The notes under the pieces are model-generated. The model was not told where the DNA came from. It searched no databases and saw only the letters and a list, made by a program, of their open reading frames with translations. The position numbers and the translations under genes were made by a program. DNA of 64,000 nucleotides, taken from NCBI GenBank assembly GCA_049322915.1, contig JBMOPW010000036.1, positions 1 through 64,000 on the forward strand. Reading direction: 5' to 3'. Shown piece after piece: positions 9,210 to 19,986 of this stretch (position 1 is the first letter of the stretch; each line of letters opens with the position of its first letter). This stretch comes from Candidatus Zhuqueibacterota bacterium. GTDB lineage: Bacteria; Zhuqueibacterota; Zhuqueibacteria; Thermofontimicrobiales; Thermofontimicrobiaceae.

Positions 9210-9398
9210 CTCGATCCGCAGGGGATTGAACGGACGGCTGGCATTGAGCTGCGCCCGTCCGGCCGTTCTCACAACAGCCCACGCAGCGGACAGGTTCCCG
9301 GCGCTCTCACCGACAGCTTGTCCCCGAATGGCTGCATCACAAACCTTCCAGCGCGCCGGGGCTATGGCTTCCGGCCAAAGCACACTCGGCTTCCAATG

Positions 9399-10901
9399 TT
9401 ATTTCGAATCCCGATCGACAGAAAACGTCTCGATTCCGCGGCGCTCCAGCAGCGTGCCTTCCATTAATTGCAGATCTACGATAGCGTTGATATGTCCCAC
9501 ATTTGCCCTGGCTTCATCTAACTGACTGGCGATGAAATCGCGCTGGGCCTGCAGCACCAGATAATTTGTGGATTTTCCGACTCTGAATTTTTCCAGTTCA
9601 GCGTCCAGTTTTTTCTCCTGCAAATCGCGGGCGACACGGGTGGCTTCGATCTGCTGCCGGGAGCGAACGGCCTCAATGTACGCGGCGCGGACATCCCATT
9701 GGACAAGCCGCTCCATGTTCTTCAGCGAGATTTCAACCTGCTCCCGCTGGTATTTGGAACGCGCATGCTCAGCGCGCGCCTGCCGATTCGGCAGCGGGAA
9801 TTCGAATGTCAATCCACCTGAAACGGTGGAATAGGGGCTGTGAATGTCCGGTATACTTTCGTTGAACGACTGGGCGTAAGTCGTCCTTCCGAGTGTGATG
9901 AATAAATCAAGGCGCGGAAGGAGACCATTGCGCGTGCGAGCGAGATCCGCCTTATTCTTTTTGATATTCAATTTCGCCTGAAGCAGGTCGGGACGGTATT
10001 TCATTGCCAATTCTTCGTGAATGTCACTGGCGGCCAGGGAGTCGATCGGGATCATGGGAACATCTACGAGTACAGGGACGACGTCCCACGATTGTCCTGA
10101 CGGCGGATTGAGCAGAAAGATCAGATGCAGTCGGGCTTGATCGTAGCGGCTTTGAGCATCGATCATGGATTCTTTTCTGGTGGCGGCTTCGGCGTGCACC
10201 GCAGCGAGTTCCAGCTCCGGCAGTCTGCCCACATTCACCCGCTCGCGCGACTCGCTCATTTGCTTTTCGGCCAATTCTAACGACCGCTGCTGGATGGCAA
10301 TTTCCTGCTTAGCCAGATACAGATCCCAATAGGCTTTCTCTACGTCCGCGGTGAGCTGTTCAGCGACAGCTTTCAATTCCAGCGCAGAAATTTCAGCATC
10401 GAGCTTTGCCTTGCGGAGGCTGGCCAGGTTGTATCCTGTGCCAAAACCCTGCAACAGGGATTGGGTCATGGTCATGTTCACATCCCCGCTGTACTGGTCG
10501 GTGTAAATGCTCGAAATCGATCCGATGACGGATGCGGTCGCGGCCAACGACGTCCCGGTGGGCAAGAGCTGAGTGAGAGACATGTCGTACTGAATGCGCT
10601 CCGAGGTGAGCTCGAAAGGCTCCGGGCGTGAACCTAGAAAGCGCAGCGATTTTGTCTCACTTCTGCTCGCGGATAAAGTCACTGCGGGATCAAAGGCGGC
10701 GCGTTGTTCGCGGGCGTATGTCCGGGCAATGTCCGGATCGAGGCGCTGCACCAGCAATGTCGGATTGGCCTCCAGCGCCATCAACACAGCGTCTTGCAGG
10801 CGAATCGTCAACGAGTCTGTCCGCGTTGAATCCCCGGCCTGGAGTTCGGTTATTATTGGAACGAAGAATAAAATGATCACGAAGATGGTTTTCTTTGCCA
10901 T
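9399..10901 (-). CDS. TolC family outer membrane efflux protein
   Basis: Signal peptide from MAKKTIF; LQDAVLMALEANP, AYWDLYLA, LLPRLDL and GKSTNYLVLQAQ motifs; lies downstream of the RND and MFP genes. Confidence 0.9.
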   Translation of the reverse strand: MAKKTIFVIILFFVPIITELQAGDSTRTDSLTIRLQDAVLMALEANPTLLVQRLDPDIARTYAREQRAAFDPAVTLSASRSETKSLRFLGSRPEPFELTSERIQYDMSLTQLLPTGTSLAATASVIGSISSIYTDQYSGDVNMTMTQSLLQGFGTGYNLASLRKAKLDAEISALELKAVAEQLTADVEKAYWDLYLAKQEIAIQQRSLELAEKQMSESRERVNVGRLPELELAAVHAEAATRKESMIDAQSRYDQARLHLIFLLNPPSGQSWDVVPVLVDVPMIPIDSLAASDIHEELAMKYRPDLLQAKLNIKKNKADLARTRNGLLPRLDLFITLGRTTYAQSFNESIPDIHSPYSTVSGGLTFEFPLPNRQARAEHARSKYQREQVEISLKNMERLVQWDVRAAYIEAVRSRQQIEATRVARDLQEKKLDAELEKFRVGKSTNYLVLQAQRDFIASQLDEARANVGHINAIVDLQLMEGTLLERRGIETFSVDRDSK

Positions 10902-10965
10902 AGTATTTCCTGAAGGTTCACAATGCCATGCCACAAGAATTTCTGATTGAAATTCCGTAGAAAAT

Positions 10966-11105
10966 GCAGCCGTTCACCTGTTACGGGTTGAGCGTTCCCG
11001 GTTGGGCTTTTGGATAGAGTCGCTCGTAACATTTTTATGCTGAAATTGTCCGTCATCAACTGTACGTTATCATTAACCCTGAACCCTGAACCTGTGAACG
11101 GTTAC
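10966..11105. mobile_element. MITE copy 1 (IS66-like ends)
   Basis: Ends GCAGCCGTTCAC..GTGAACGGTTAC; collinear and similar to 41158-41305 over its whole length. Confidence 0.65.
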
Positions 11106-11173
11106 TGTTTTGCCTGAGTGTATCTCTATGTTGATTGGTATTCGAAAATTATTATTCAACACATTCACCCTGG

Positions 11174-14100
11174 CTACTTGTTTTCCAGCGCCGGGTCAAA
11201 TTCCTTTCGTTTGAGCCGCTGCTCGAAAATGCTGTACATGACCGGAATGAGGATGAGCGTGACCAGCGTGGAACTGGTCAATCCGCCGATGACAACTCTG
11301 GCTAACGGGGCCTGAGTTTCTCCGCCCTCGCCAAATCCGAAAGACAATGGCAGCAATCCCAGCACCGTGGTCAAGGTGGTCATTAAAATTGGACGAAGCC
11401 GGCGTGAACCGGCGATGCGGATCGCCTCATTCAATTCCATGTGCTCTGCGCGACGCAGCAGATTCGTGTAATCCACTAACAGAATGGCATTATTCACCAC
11501 AATGCCTGCCAGCATGATGCAGCCAATGAACGCCTGCATGCTGAAAATTGTCCCGCTCATGACCATGGTGATAGTCACGCCAATGATGGCCATGGGGATG
11601 GAGAAAAGCACCACAAAGGGATCCCTGAACGATTCGAATTGGGCGACCATCACCAGGTAGACCAATAAAATCGCGAGAATGAATCCGAACATCAATTCGC
11701 GAAATGCCTTCTGCTGTTCTTCATAATCGCCGCCGAACAGAATGACGAAATCTTTAGGAACCGGCACGGAGCGAAGTCGGTCGCGGATGTCCGAAATCAC
11801 TGAGCCCATGTCGCGGCCGGTGAAATTAGCGCTGATGGTGATGATGCGTTCCTGGTCTTTACGCTCCAGACTCACCGGGCCTTCGCGCGGGACGGTGCTC
11901 ACAACATTGCGGAGGATCACCGATTCGCCCCGGTTATTCATGACTGTCAAATCCAGCAGATCATTCAAATCGCGACGGTCGGCTTCGCTCAGTCGGACGA
12001 GTATTTTATACTGTTTGCCGCTCTCCCGGTAATAGGATGCCTGGGTTCCGCCAATCGCCGTCTCCAGCGCGTCCCCGATTCGGGAGACAGTCAGGCCCAG
12101 GTCGGCCGCTTTTTGCCTGTCTATTCGAATGATCTGTTCCGGGCTACCTTCCTGACGACTGATCTGGGTGTCGGTGATGCCTGGAACATCCTTGACAACC
12201 TGCTCCACTTTCAGCGCCAGTTGATGCGCTTCAGCTAAATCATATCCTCTCACTTCCACGCTGACATTATCGGACGAACTGGAGCCCATGCGCAGAAGGA
12301 ACAATCCCTGTCCGGCCCGCGTGCGAATGGTGACTCCCGGGATGCCGACAAGTGATTTTCGTAAATCTTCGGCGATCTGTTCGCTGCTGCGGTCACGCTC
12401 ACTTCGGGAAACGAGCGATGCCTGAATTCGGGCGGTATGACCGCCGCTGGATCGGAAGTCCCCGCCACCGACGCGGGTCAACATGGAGACCATTTCCGGC
12501 ACTTCCCGGCGAACGATTTCTTCCACGACCAGTGTGGTCTGATTCAGCACTTCCAGTCGCGTCCCCACAGCCATTTCCAGATTGACGTCGACTTCGTTCT
12601 CGTCTGCTTTTGGCATTAATTCGACGCCGATGAAACGGATTAATATCACAGAGAAGATGAAGAGTAAGCCCGTGATAAGGACCACCTTTCGGCGATGCCC
12701 TAACGCCCATTTCAGAATTTGTCCATAGCTGGATTCGACGCGCAGAAATATCCCTTCACTCGCTGAATAGAACTTTTGCAGTCGCCCGGCAGATGCGCCA
12801 ACTTTGGATGGGCGATAATGGAGAAATCGCGAAGCCAGCATGGGGATGAGCGTCAGCGCCACCAAGAGGGAGCAGAGCAAAGAAAATGTGACGACATAAG
12901 CCATCTGTTGAAACATAATGCCGGACATACCGCGAATGAATACGACCGGGAAGAAAACAACGATGGTGGTGAGCACGCTGGCGATGATGGCGCTGCTGAC
13001 CTCGGATGCCCCGATCAGCGCGCTCTGTTTGGGCGATTTTCCCTCCTCCCGATGCCGGTAAATATTCTCCAAAACCACAATGGCGCAGTCGACCAGCATG
13101 CCGATGCCTAATGCCAGTCCGCCGAACGTGATGATATTGAGTGTGAAACCGCCAAAGTACATCAAACCGAATGTGGCAATGATGGAAATCGGAATGGTTG
13201 TGGCAATGATGGCTGTACTGGAGACATTCCTCAGAAAAATGAACAGAATGAGGATAGCTAAAATACCGCCTAATATGGCGGAGTCGCCGACATTGCTGAT
13301 GGATTGCTCAATGTATTTGGATGTGTCGATGAGCGGCAGCAACTGCAATTGCGGCATGTCGCGGTTGATGCGTTCGATTTCTTCTTTGGCCGCTTCAGCG
13401 ACTTTTACGGTATTGGCGCCGGATTGTTTGCTGATGGAGACTCGCAGGCCGAGCTTGCCATCGATGCGGATGATCTGTCGAATTTCTTCCCACGAATCCG
13501 ATACCTGGGCCACATCGCGGATCTGGATCGGCGTGCCCTGTCGTATGGTGACTACGGTGTTTTCAATTTCCTCCAGCGAGAGAAATTCACCCTGGGTTCG
13601 GACCAGTATCTCGAAATTTCCCTTCTCATACAATCCGGCCGGGATATTCCGGTTTTCATTGTTGAGCGCGGATATAATATCATCCGGCGATAGTCCCAGC
13701 GCTTTCAATTGAGCAGATTGCAGGTCGATGTGAATTTCCCGCATCAGTCCCCCCATCACATCGACCGCCGCCACGCCGGGGACGCGCTCCAGTCGGTATT
13801 TCACCTGATCTTCAATGAGCTGACGCATGTCCAGCGGATTGAGATTGCTGGAGACGCCCAAAATGAGTATGGGAAACGCTGAAAGATCGAATTTGCGAAT
13901 CATGGGCCGGTCGATATCCTCCGGCAATCGTCCCAGAACGCGATCGATGCGGTCGCGGATATCGTTGGCAGCCACGTCCAGATCCTGGTCCCAATCGAAC
14001 ATGACGCGAATCATGCTGCGGCCTTCCGTGGATGTGGACGTTATTTCCTCCACGCCCTGAACCGCTGCCAGCGCCTCTTCAATGGGGCGCGTCACCAGCT

Positions 14101-14281
14101 CTTCCATTTCCTGCGGCCCCACATTGCCGTAACTGGTGATGACGGAGATCGTGGGATACGTCACCTCCGGCATGAGATCAATGGAGAGCCGGCTTAATGA
14201 GACGATGCCCAGAATGATCACAATTAAGAATATGACAAATGTTAAAATCGGACGTTCGATAGATCCACGCGCAATACTCAT
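11174..14281 (-). CDS. RND efflux transporter permease subunit (AcrB/HAE1-like)
   Basis: 1035 aa; GMLVDCAIVVLENI, GIVVNNAILLVD and RLRPILMTTLTT motifs. Confidence 0.95.
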   Translation of the reverse strand: MSIARGSIERPILTFVIFLIVIILGIVSLSRLSIDLMPEVTYPTISVITSYGNVGPQEMEELVTRPIEEALAAVQGVEEITSTSTEGRSMIRVMFDWDQDLDVAANDIRDRIDRVLGRLPEDIDRPMIRKFDLSAFPILILGVSSNLNPLDMRQLIEDQVKYRLERVPGVAAVDVMGGLMREIHIDLQSAQLKALGLSPDDIISALNNENRNIPAGLYEKGNFEILVRTQGEFLSLEEIENTVVTIRQGTPIQIRDVAQVSDSWEEIRQIIRIDGKLGLRVSISKQSGANTVKVAEAAKEEIERINRDMPQLQLLPLIDTSKYIEQSISNVGDSAILGGILAILILFIFLRNVSSTAIIATTIPISIIATFGLMYFGGFTLNIITFGGLALGIGMLVDCAIVVLENIYRHREEGKSPKQSALIGASEVSSAIIASVLTTIVVFFPVVFIRGMSGIMFQQMAYVVTFSLLCSLLVALTLIPMLASRFLHYRPSKVGASAGRLQKFYSASEGIFLRVESSYGQILKWALGHRRKVVLITGLLFIFSVILIRFIGVELMPKADENEVDVNLEMAVGTRLEVLNQTTLVVEEIVRREVPEMVSMLTRVGGGDFRSSGGHTARIQASLVSRSERDRSSEQIAEDLRKSLVGIPGVTIRTRAGQGLFLLRMGSSSSDNVSVEVRGYDLAEAHQLALKVEQVVKDVPGITDTQISRQEGSPEQIIRIDRQKAADLGLTVSRIGDALETAIGGTQASYYRESGKQYKILVRLSEADRRDLNDLLDLTVMNNRGESVILRNVVSTVPREGPVSLERKDQERIITISANFTGRDMGSVISDIRDRLRSVPVPKDFVILFGGDYEEQQKAFRELMFGFILAILLVYLVMVAQFESFRDPFVVLFSIPMAIIGVTITMVMSGTIFSMQAFIGCIMLAGIVVNNAILLVDYTNLLRRAEHMELNEAIRIAGSRRLRPILMTTLTTVLGLLPLSFGFGEGGETQAPLARVVIGGLTSSTLVTLILIPVMYSIFEQRLKRKEFDPALENK

Positions 14282-14415
14282 GAGTTATGCTCCTTGATTA
14301 AAACCTGCGGGATCAGCCCGGTTCCTGAGTCAATCTGTACAGTCTTTCTTCTGGTCCGTCGGGCTGATTTTTCAGGTTGAAACTTGCATCGTTACTGTTT
14401 CTGCTCCAGCCAGCT

Positions 14416-15597
14416 TCATTGGCTATCAGAGGAGGACTGCCGCGTCATTTTCTTCTGACCGGGGAGAATGACAACGCTGCCTTCCTCCAACAAATGCTGG
14501 CCCAGCGTGATCACCCAGCCGGTGATTTTTGGGGAGATAATTTCTGTGATCGTGGCAGAATGGATACCCACCTCGACTGGCACATAATGCGCGACTGTTT
14601 CTCCCCGATTCACCACAAACACTCCGCTCGTGCCATTGCGAGTGACAATTGCCTGGGACGGCGCCACCTGGGCGGTGTCTTTTTCAGCGAGCACGAGATT
14701 CACCTTGCTGAACATGCCGGGCTTCAGCAGCAGCGAGTCGTTTGCCACTTCCACTTCCATCTGAGCCACGCGCGAGGCTTCCTGGAGCATGGGCGAAATT
14801 CTGGAGACCCTCCCGGTGAAGGACCTTCCGGGATAGGCATCCACTTCGATCTCCGCCGATTGACCGGTGCGAATCCTGCCATAGATGCGTTCGATGACCG
14901 TCGTCCGGATGATGACTGTGTCGATGCCGATGATGGAAACTAACGGGGAGTTCGGCGCCAGCAATGTCCCTTCATCCACATACCGTTCGCCGATAAAGCC
15001 TGGCTCGGTCGCTTTGAGAAGCGTGTAGTTAAGCCGAATTTTGGCTGAGGTGAGCGCTGCCTGGCGCTGTTCCACCTGAGCCGTGGCCAATTTGATGCGC
15101 GATTGCAGCGAACTGAAATTGGTGGACGCCGCATCCAGTTCCGAAGGCGAGGCAATTCCCTTTTGCTGGAGCAATTGCGCCCGTTCCAGTTCCTGTCGCG
15201 CCAATTCGAACTGGCTCTTTATTTCAGACAGATTGGCCTCGGAAATTCTCAGGTTGGCTTCGGCCTCCAGCACGGATTGTTCATATTCGGCGTCGTCGAT
15301 TTTCGCTATCAGCTCATTTCGCTTCACCCAGTCGCCGATTCGTTTGTTCAGTCGAATCACCCGACCGGAGACTTTGGGCGCAACAATATATTGATAAAGT
15401 GGATAAACGCTTCCTGTCAATTGCCGCTTCTCCTGAATGGGGCCGTAACTCACGCTGTCAATCTCCACGGCAATGGGCGGACGACCCTGCTTTTTTGCGG
15501 CGTCGTTGCTGCCCTTGAAAATCAAGACTGAAATTCTCCAGAGGAATATCATCAGAAATACGAGGCCAATCACTCGATACACGTGCTTCTTGTTCAT
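14416..15597 (-). CDS. RND efflux periplasmic adaptor (membrane fusion protein)
   Basis: N-terminal TM helix; PKVSGRV..GDWVK lipoyl half-motif; coiled coil; LKPGMF. Confidence 0.95.
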   Translation of the reverse strand: MNKKHVYRVIGLVFLMIFLWRISVLIFKGSNDAAKKQGRPPIAVEIDSVSYGPIQEKRQLTGSVYPLYQYIVAPKVSGRVIRLNKRIGDWVKRNELIAKIDDAEYEQSVLEAEANLRISEANLSEIKSQFELARQELERAQLLQQKGIASPSELDAASTNFSSLQSRIKLATAQVEQRQAALTSAKIRLNYTLLKATEPGFIGERYVDEGTLLAPNSPLVSIIGIDTVIIRTTVIERIYGRIRTGQSAEIEVDAYPGRSFTGRVSRISPMLQEASRVAQMEVEVANDSLLLKPGMFSKVNLVLAEKDTAQVAPSQAIVTRNGTSGVFVVNRGETVAHYVPVEVGIHSATITEIISPKITGWVITLGQHLLEEGSVVILPGQKKMTRQSSSDSQ

Positions 15598-16045
15598 TTC
15601 GTTCTATCTGTCCTTCGATTTATTTTATAATTGAAGATCGATGATTCGTTATTCAAATTAAACCCATCATCGGTTAAATTCTTGCCAACAATTTCAACAT
15701 CATCCATTTTTCCCGGCGATGAATCGATGGTTTTCATTCGCTGCCTGAACGCTGCTGCGGCCGTGGAAACTGCGACGTATTCCATACTCAGTGAAAACCC
15801 TTGCAAATCGGCATCAAATTACTAAATATTTTCTGAAGAATCAAGGGCTAATTGGTCTGAAACGAGTGGACATCAGTTCACCTGATTTTGTGCAGGACGC
15901 GGTCGGGACAATGCAGCGGCATATTCCGGAAGAGCGTTGCTGTCGCGGCATGACGCGTTGGAGCAATGAAGAAAATTTGAAATCCGGTTTCGGCTGCCGG
16001 GGCGTTCCTGTCCTGGCAGCCTGTCCACCGGGGTGGATATTGGCA

Positions 16046-17833
16046 TTACCTGCGTCTCAGGCCGGCAATGTCCCGGAACGCCGGCTGCAATCCGCTGGCG
16101 TCGATGATACGTTGATCCCGGGTATCGTTTTTGATGGAAATAATCGTTGTGGTGTCGTTGTGGCGAATCGTCTCCTGCTGGATATTCCGAAAGACATTTC
16201 GCGTCACCGTGATGCCGTCGGATCCCTGGTCCAAAAAGATGCCGTTATTCCGGGATCCCACTGCCCATTGCGATCGGTAAATATCGTGAATATAATTCTC
16301 TTTGATGACGCTGTTCGGCTGACGGGACAGCGTGTAAATGCCGCCGCCGTCGCAGAGCAGTTGCAGCACATGGTGGATGTGATTGAAACGGATCTGGTTG
16401 TCGCGCATGGCGTTGTCGATGTCCTGCCAGCCCCAGCCGACGCTGATGCCGGTGTAGGGCAAGTCGAAGACCTCATTGTGCTCGATCACCACGGCGCGCG
16501 GAAAGCCGCAGGCAATGCCGCAGCAGCCGGGATAGTCGCGCCCGATCTGCGTGATGAGGTTGTTGCTGATGGTATCGTTGGTGCAAATTTCGCGTTCATC
16601 GACAGGATTGTACATGTGGCCGTGGCGCGTTTCCGGCCCGGAAAATTCGGCCAGCACGATGCCATTGCCGGAAATATCCCGAAACACATTGCCGATGATG
16701 ATATCGCTTTGCGTGGCAAAATGAAAATCGAGGCCACTGGCGCCCAGGTGCGTGAAGCTATTTCTCTCGAAGCGAAGGTGGTGAGTGCCGGCGACGTAAA
16801 CCGCAGCCGGCGGCCGCGCGAAATATTGGACATTGTTCGGCTCCACTTTGATTGAATAGAAGCCGGCCTGACTGGTCAACATGCCGGCCTCCCGCGGTAA
16901 ATTCCAGCCTGAATAGGCAAAGGTGATTCCCTTGAACTGCAAATTATGGACTGGTGAATCGACAGTCCCGGCGATTTTGACCAGCGTCTCCAGCGTCGGC
17001 GCCATGACTTCGGCCCGGGTCAGATCCTCGCCGGGACGGGGCATGTAATAGACCGTACGCATCGACTGGTCAAGATACCACTCCCCGGGTTCGTCCAAAA
17101 ACTCCAGGGCATTTTCGAAATGGAACGACTCGTTCTCTGATTTGACCGGGTATGGCCGCAGAAAAACGAGTTCGCGCTCCGGCTCATGCACCACAATGTG
17201 GGCGTACGGGCCGTGGGTTTCGAACGAGGCCAATGGCAAAATTGCCTCTGCCCAGTGCAGGTGCGGGATCATTTCGATGCGGTCGAAACGCTGCCACGGC
17301 TGAATCAATTCCCGTTCGATGATGATCTCGCGGTGTTTTTCATCCCAGAACTTCAACCGGTGATACGCGCCGGCGTTGGGCGTCCGCGCGCGGATCGCTC
17401 TTTCTCCGTTGACATAGAGCTGTCGGAAATTCAAATCCGTCGTCGCGCTGAACAGCCCGTTGCCAGCCTCGTTCCAGCGCTGGATCCGCTGTCCGCCATG
17501 CACCACCGGCGATTCGTTCGGGTACGCGCTGTAGATGACAGCATGACCGTTGAGACCTGAGTCGCGTGCGTCGAAAATGATTGTCTGCGCCAGCGCATAA
17601 TGCCCATCGCGGAGGAACACAATGATATCGCCGGCCATTTTGGGCGTCGCAGCCCGAACGGCTGCCTGTGCACGCCCGATTGTGGCGAATGGTTTTTTCA
17701 TCGTCCCGGGGTTGGCGTCGCTGCCATTCGGCGCAATAAAAAAATGTGCTTCATTTTGAGCGAATGAATCAGCGGCAGGCAGGATAAAAATGCTGCACAG
17801 AAGTAAAACGACTTTTTCGAAAATCATTTTCAT
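16046..17833 (-). CDS. Secreted right-handed beta-helix glycoside hydrolase-like protein (GH141-like)
   Basis: GGAG RBS before MKMIFEK signal peptide; APNGSD.NPGT..KPFAT, RQLYVNG.RA.RARTPN, LD.PGEWYLD, LPYTGISVGWGW and DGGGIYTL motifs. Confidence 0.8.
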   Translation of the reverse strand: MKMIFEKVVLLLCSIFILPAADSFAQNEAHFFIAPNGSDANPGTMKKPFATIGRAQAAVRAATPKMAGDIIVFLRDGHYALAQTIIFDARDSGLNGHAVIYSAYPNESPVVHGGQRIQRWNEAGNGLFSATTDLNFRQLYVNGERAIRARTPNAGAYHRLKFWDEKHREIIIERELIQPWQRFDRIEMIPHLHWAEAILPLASFETHGPYAHIVVHEPERELVFLRPYPVKSENESFHFENALEFLDEPGEWYLDQSMRTVYYMPRPGEDLTRAEVMAPTLETLVKIAGTVDSPVHNLQFKGITFAYSGWNLPREAGMLTSQAGFYSIKVEPNNVQYFARPPAAVYVAGTHHLRFERNSFTHLGASGLDFHFATQSDIIIGNVFRDISGNGIVLAEFSGPETRHGHMYNPVDEREICTNDTISNNLITQIGRDYPGCCGIACGFPRAVVIEHNEVFDLPYTGISVGWGWQDIDNAMRDNQIRFNHIHHVLQLLCDGGGIYTLSRQPNSVIKENYIHDIYRSQWAVGSRNNGIFLDQGSDGITVTRNVFRNIQQETIRHNDTTTIISIKNDTRDQRIIDASGLQPAFRDIAGLRRR

Positions 17834-18024
17834 GGGCAATCTCCAGTGTTTCATTGAAATTAGCGCCGCGCCAGAAGCTACTGGAACGCGGACGATCGGG
17901 GTGCGCGCATTTCCCCGGACGGTCGCTTTGAAAGGCATTTGCTATCGAATGGATATTCGCGATGCCGGAGAGATCAGCGGTGTGAAAATAATGCTGCAGC
18001 CCGGTTTTTTTATCGGGCCACGGA

Positions 18025-19716
18025 TCAAAAATAGCCGCAATCGTGAACTTGCCCGTATTCAATCGCCAACTCGACCCGGATCAGGAACATGGGACGCGGA
18101 GCGATCGAACGCAGGGTGATGAGCTGTTTGCCATTGGTCAACAGCTTCGCCGGGATGGAATAGACTGCGACGGAATCGTTTCCCTGCAATCCTTTGTCCC
18201 GCTCGAAAGTCGCTGCCAGACTGTGATCCGCTTGTTCAACCGTCGCGCCATTGAAGCTGACAATCACGTCCCCCGGATCTTTGATTCTCAAAAACAACAG
18301 TGCTCGCACGGGCAGATGGCGCGCCACATTTTCAGCCAATTCAAGTTCGAGTTCCTTTTCATCCCAGGGAGAAATGAAGATCGGCAGCGGTGTGTCAGGC
18401 CGATAGCCGTACTCGACGCACCCGTCGGACAGCGTGTACAGCTTATTCCTGCCTGCCAGCCTGTCCGAATCGGACAGCTCGCGCAAGAGCGCCGGGGTTC
18501 GCACTGAATTGATGAACCGGTCCGGACTGGTCTGCTCCGGCTGCGACCAGTATTCCGGGAAACTGAAGTTGAACAGGTAAATCCCATCCGCGCCCTGTCC
18601 GAGGCAATGAGAAGCGGTCGCGCGGTACATGCCGTGGGAGAGAAACAGGTAGGGGTTGTACTGGCCGCACTCGATGCTGGCGTAGACGGGAATGGAAGTC
18701 GCTCCCAATTTTGCCTTGAATTCCCGCACCGGCAGCGCCGGATCTCCCAGCCAGTGCGAGCTGATTGAAATCATGTCCACAAGGTGGCTGTTGACCCAGC
18801 CGGCCACATCGAGTCCTTTTGCCAGCGCCAGATCGAACCGCGCCGGCACGCGCACCGCCAACAAAATAGGGCGCCCTTGTTTTGCTCCGACCTCAGTGAC
18901 GATTGTCCGCGCCTGCTGCATAAATTCTGTCATCACAGCCAGATATTCATGGCCTTTGTTGTAGGGAAAATAGACGATGAACCGCATAAAATCCAGCTCG
19001 ATCCCATCGATAGCGAATCGCTCGCACTGTTCGCGGATGAGGTTGAGCTTGTACTGCCGGACGCCGGGATGCGCGAAATTCAGCGCGCCATCCGCATGCC
19101 AGCCGGGATGATCGCCCAGTCGCCATTCCGAGTGATCGAGCCACAGGCTGCTCTGCGCCGGGGGACACGTCAGATTCGGATCGGTGAAGTGCAGGTCGTT
19201 CATGCGCATAGTAATGAACGCCTCCATGCCTTTCTCTTTTGCGCGATTCACGCAGAGCGTCACAATATCTGTCCCCTGTTCCTTCAGCGCCAGATAATTA
19301 CGGCCAAATGATTGCAAGTCCTCGCCCAGCTTTTTTTCGCTGCAATCATCGGAAAGATTCCCGTCTCGATCCAGGCCAAGCGGCCGTTCGATTTTCGAAT
19401 CATAGTAAACCAGCGTGGAACCGGTACAAATCATGAACGTGGTGACGCCTCCGTCGGCAAGGATGTCCACGTAGGAGTGGACGTCGTCAATCGTCAACGG
19501 CCGGAACTGATGCCAACGGTTGCCCAGAATTTCGGTGCCATCGTTATTGTAAATGAACCGGAATTTCAGGGAATCCGCCTGCCCTGCAGCGACGGATGGG
19601 TGGCAGAAGAAGAGCAGTGCAATCGCGAGAAAAAGGATCGGCCACAGCGACAGGCCAGATGTGGAATTCCAGCCGGGAATGCCCCAATGGAACGAGAATG
19701 TTTTGGTTGTTTTCAT
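18025..19716 (-). CDS. Secreted TIM-barrel glycoside hydrolase-like protein (GHL10/DUF187-like)
   Basis: IYNNDG, RMNDLH, DGIELDFMR and GADGIYLFNF motifs; N-terminal signal. Confidence 0.7.
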   Translation of the reverse strand: MKTTKTFSFHWGIPGWNSTSGLSLWPILFLAIALLFFCHPSVAAGQADSLKFRFIYNNDGTEILGNRWHQFRPLTIDDVHSYVDILADGGVTTFMICTGSTLVYYDSKIERPLGLDRDGNLSDDCSEKKLGEDLQSFGRNYLALKEQGTDIVTLCVNRAKEKGMEAFITMRMNDLHFTDPNLTCPPAQSSLWLDHSEWRLGDHPGWHADGALNFAHPGVRQYKLNLIREQCERFAIDGIELDFMRFIVYFPYNKGHEYLAVMTEFMQQARTIVTEVGAKQGRPILLAVRVPARFDLALAKGLDVAGWVNSHLVDMISISSHWLGDPALPVREFKAKLGATSIPVYASIECGQYNPYLFLSHGMYRATASHCLGQGADGIYLFNFSFPEYWSQPEQTSPDRFINSVRTPALLRELSDSDRLAGRNKLYTLSDGCVEYGYRPDTPLPIFISPWDEKELELELAENVARHLPVRALLFLRIKDPGDVIVSFNGATVEQADHSLAATFERDKGLQGNDSVAVYSIPAKLLTNGKQLITLRSIAPRPMFLIRVELAIEYGQVHDCGYF

Positions 19717-19986
19717 GGATTAATCTTTCAGTGGTTGAAGTGATGAGGGTCGCGGAGAGGCCTGCCGGGCACTTTGTCGAAGAGGTTTCCCGGGCGGCAA
19801 ATCATCCCGGCGCATTGCAGCAGACAGGATGAGACCGCAGCGGTTGCGGAAGGCGCGATTGCTCCGGACACGGGATACGGGAGATTCATGATTTTTTGAA
19901 GGTTGCAATTGAACTCGTCAATCGATGATCCGCCGACGGATGAAAAACCCGGGGTGAGGAAGAGCGCGTCGGGTGATTGGTAAAGG

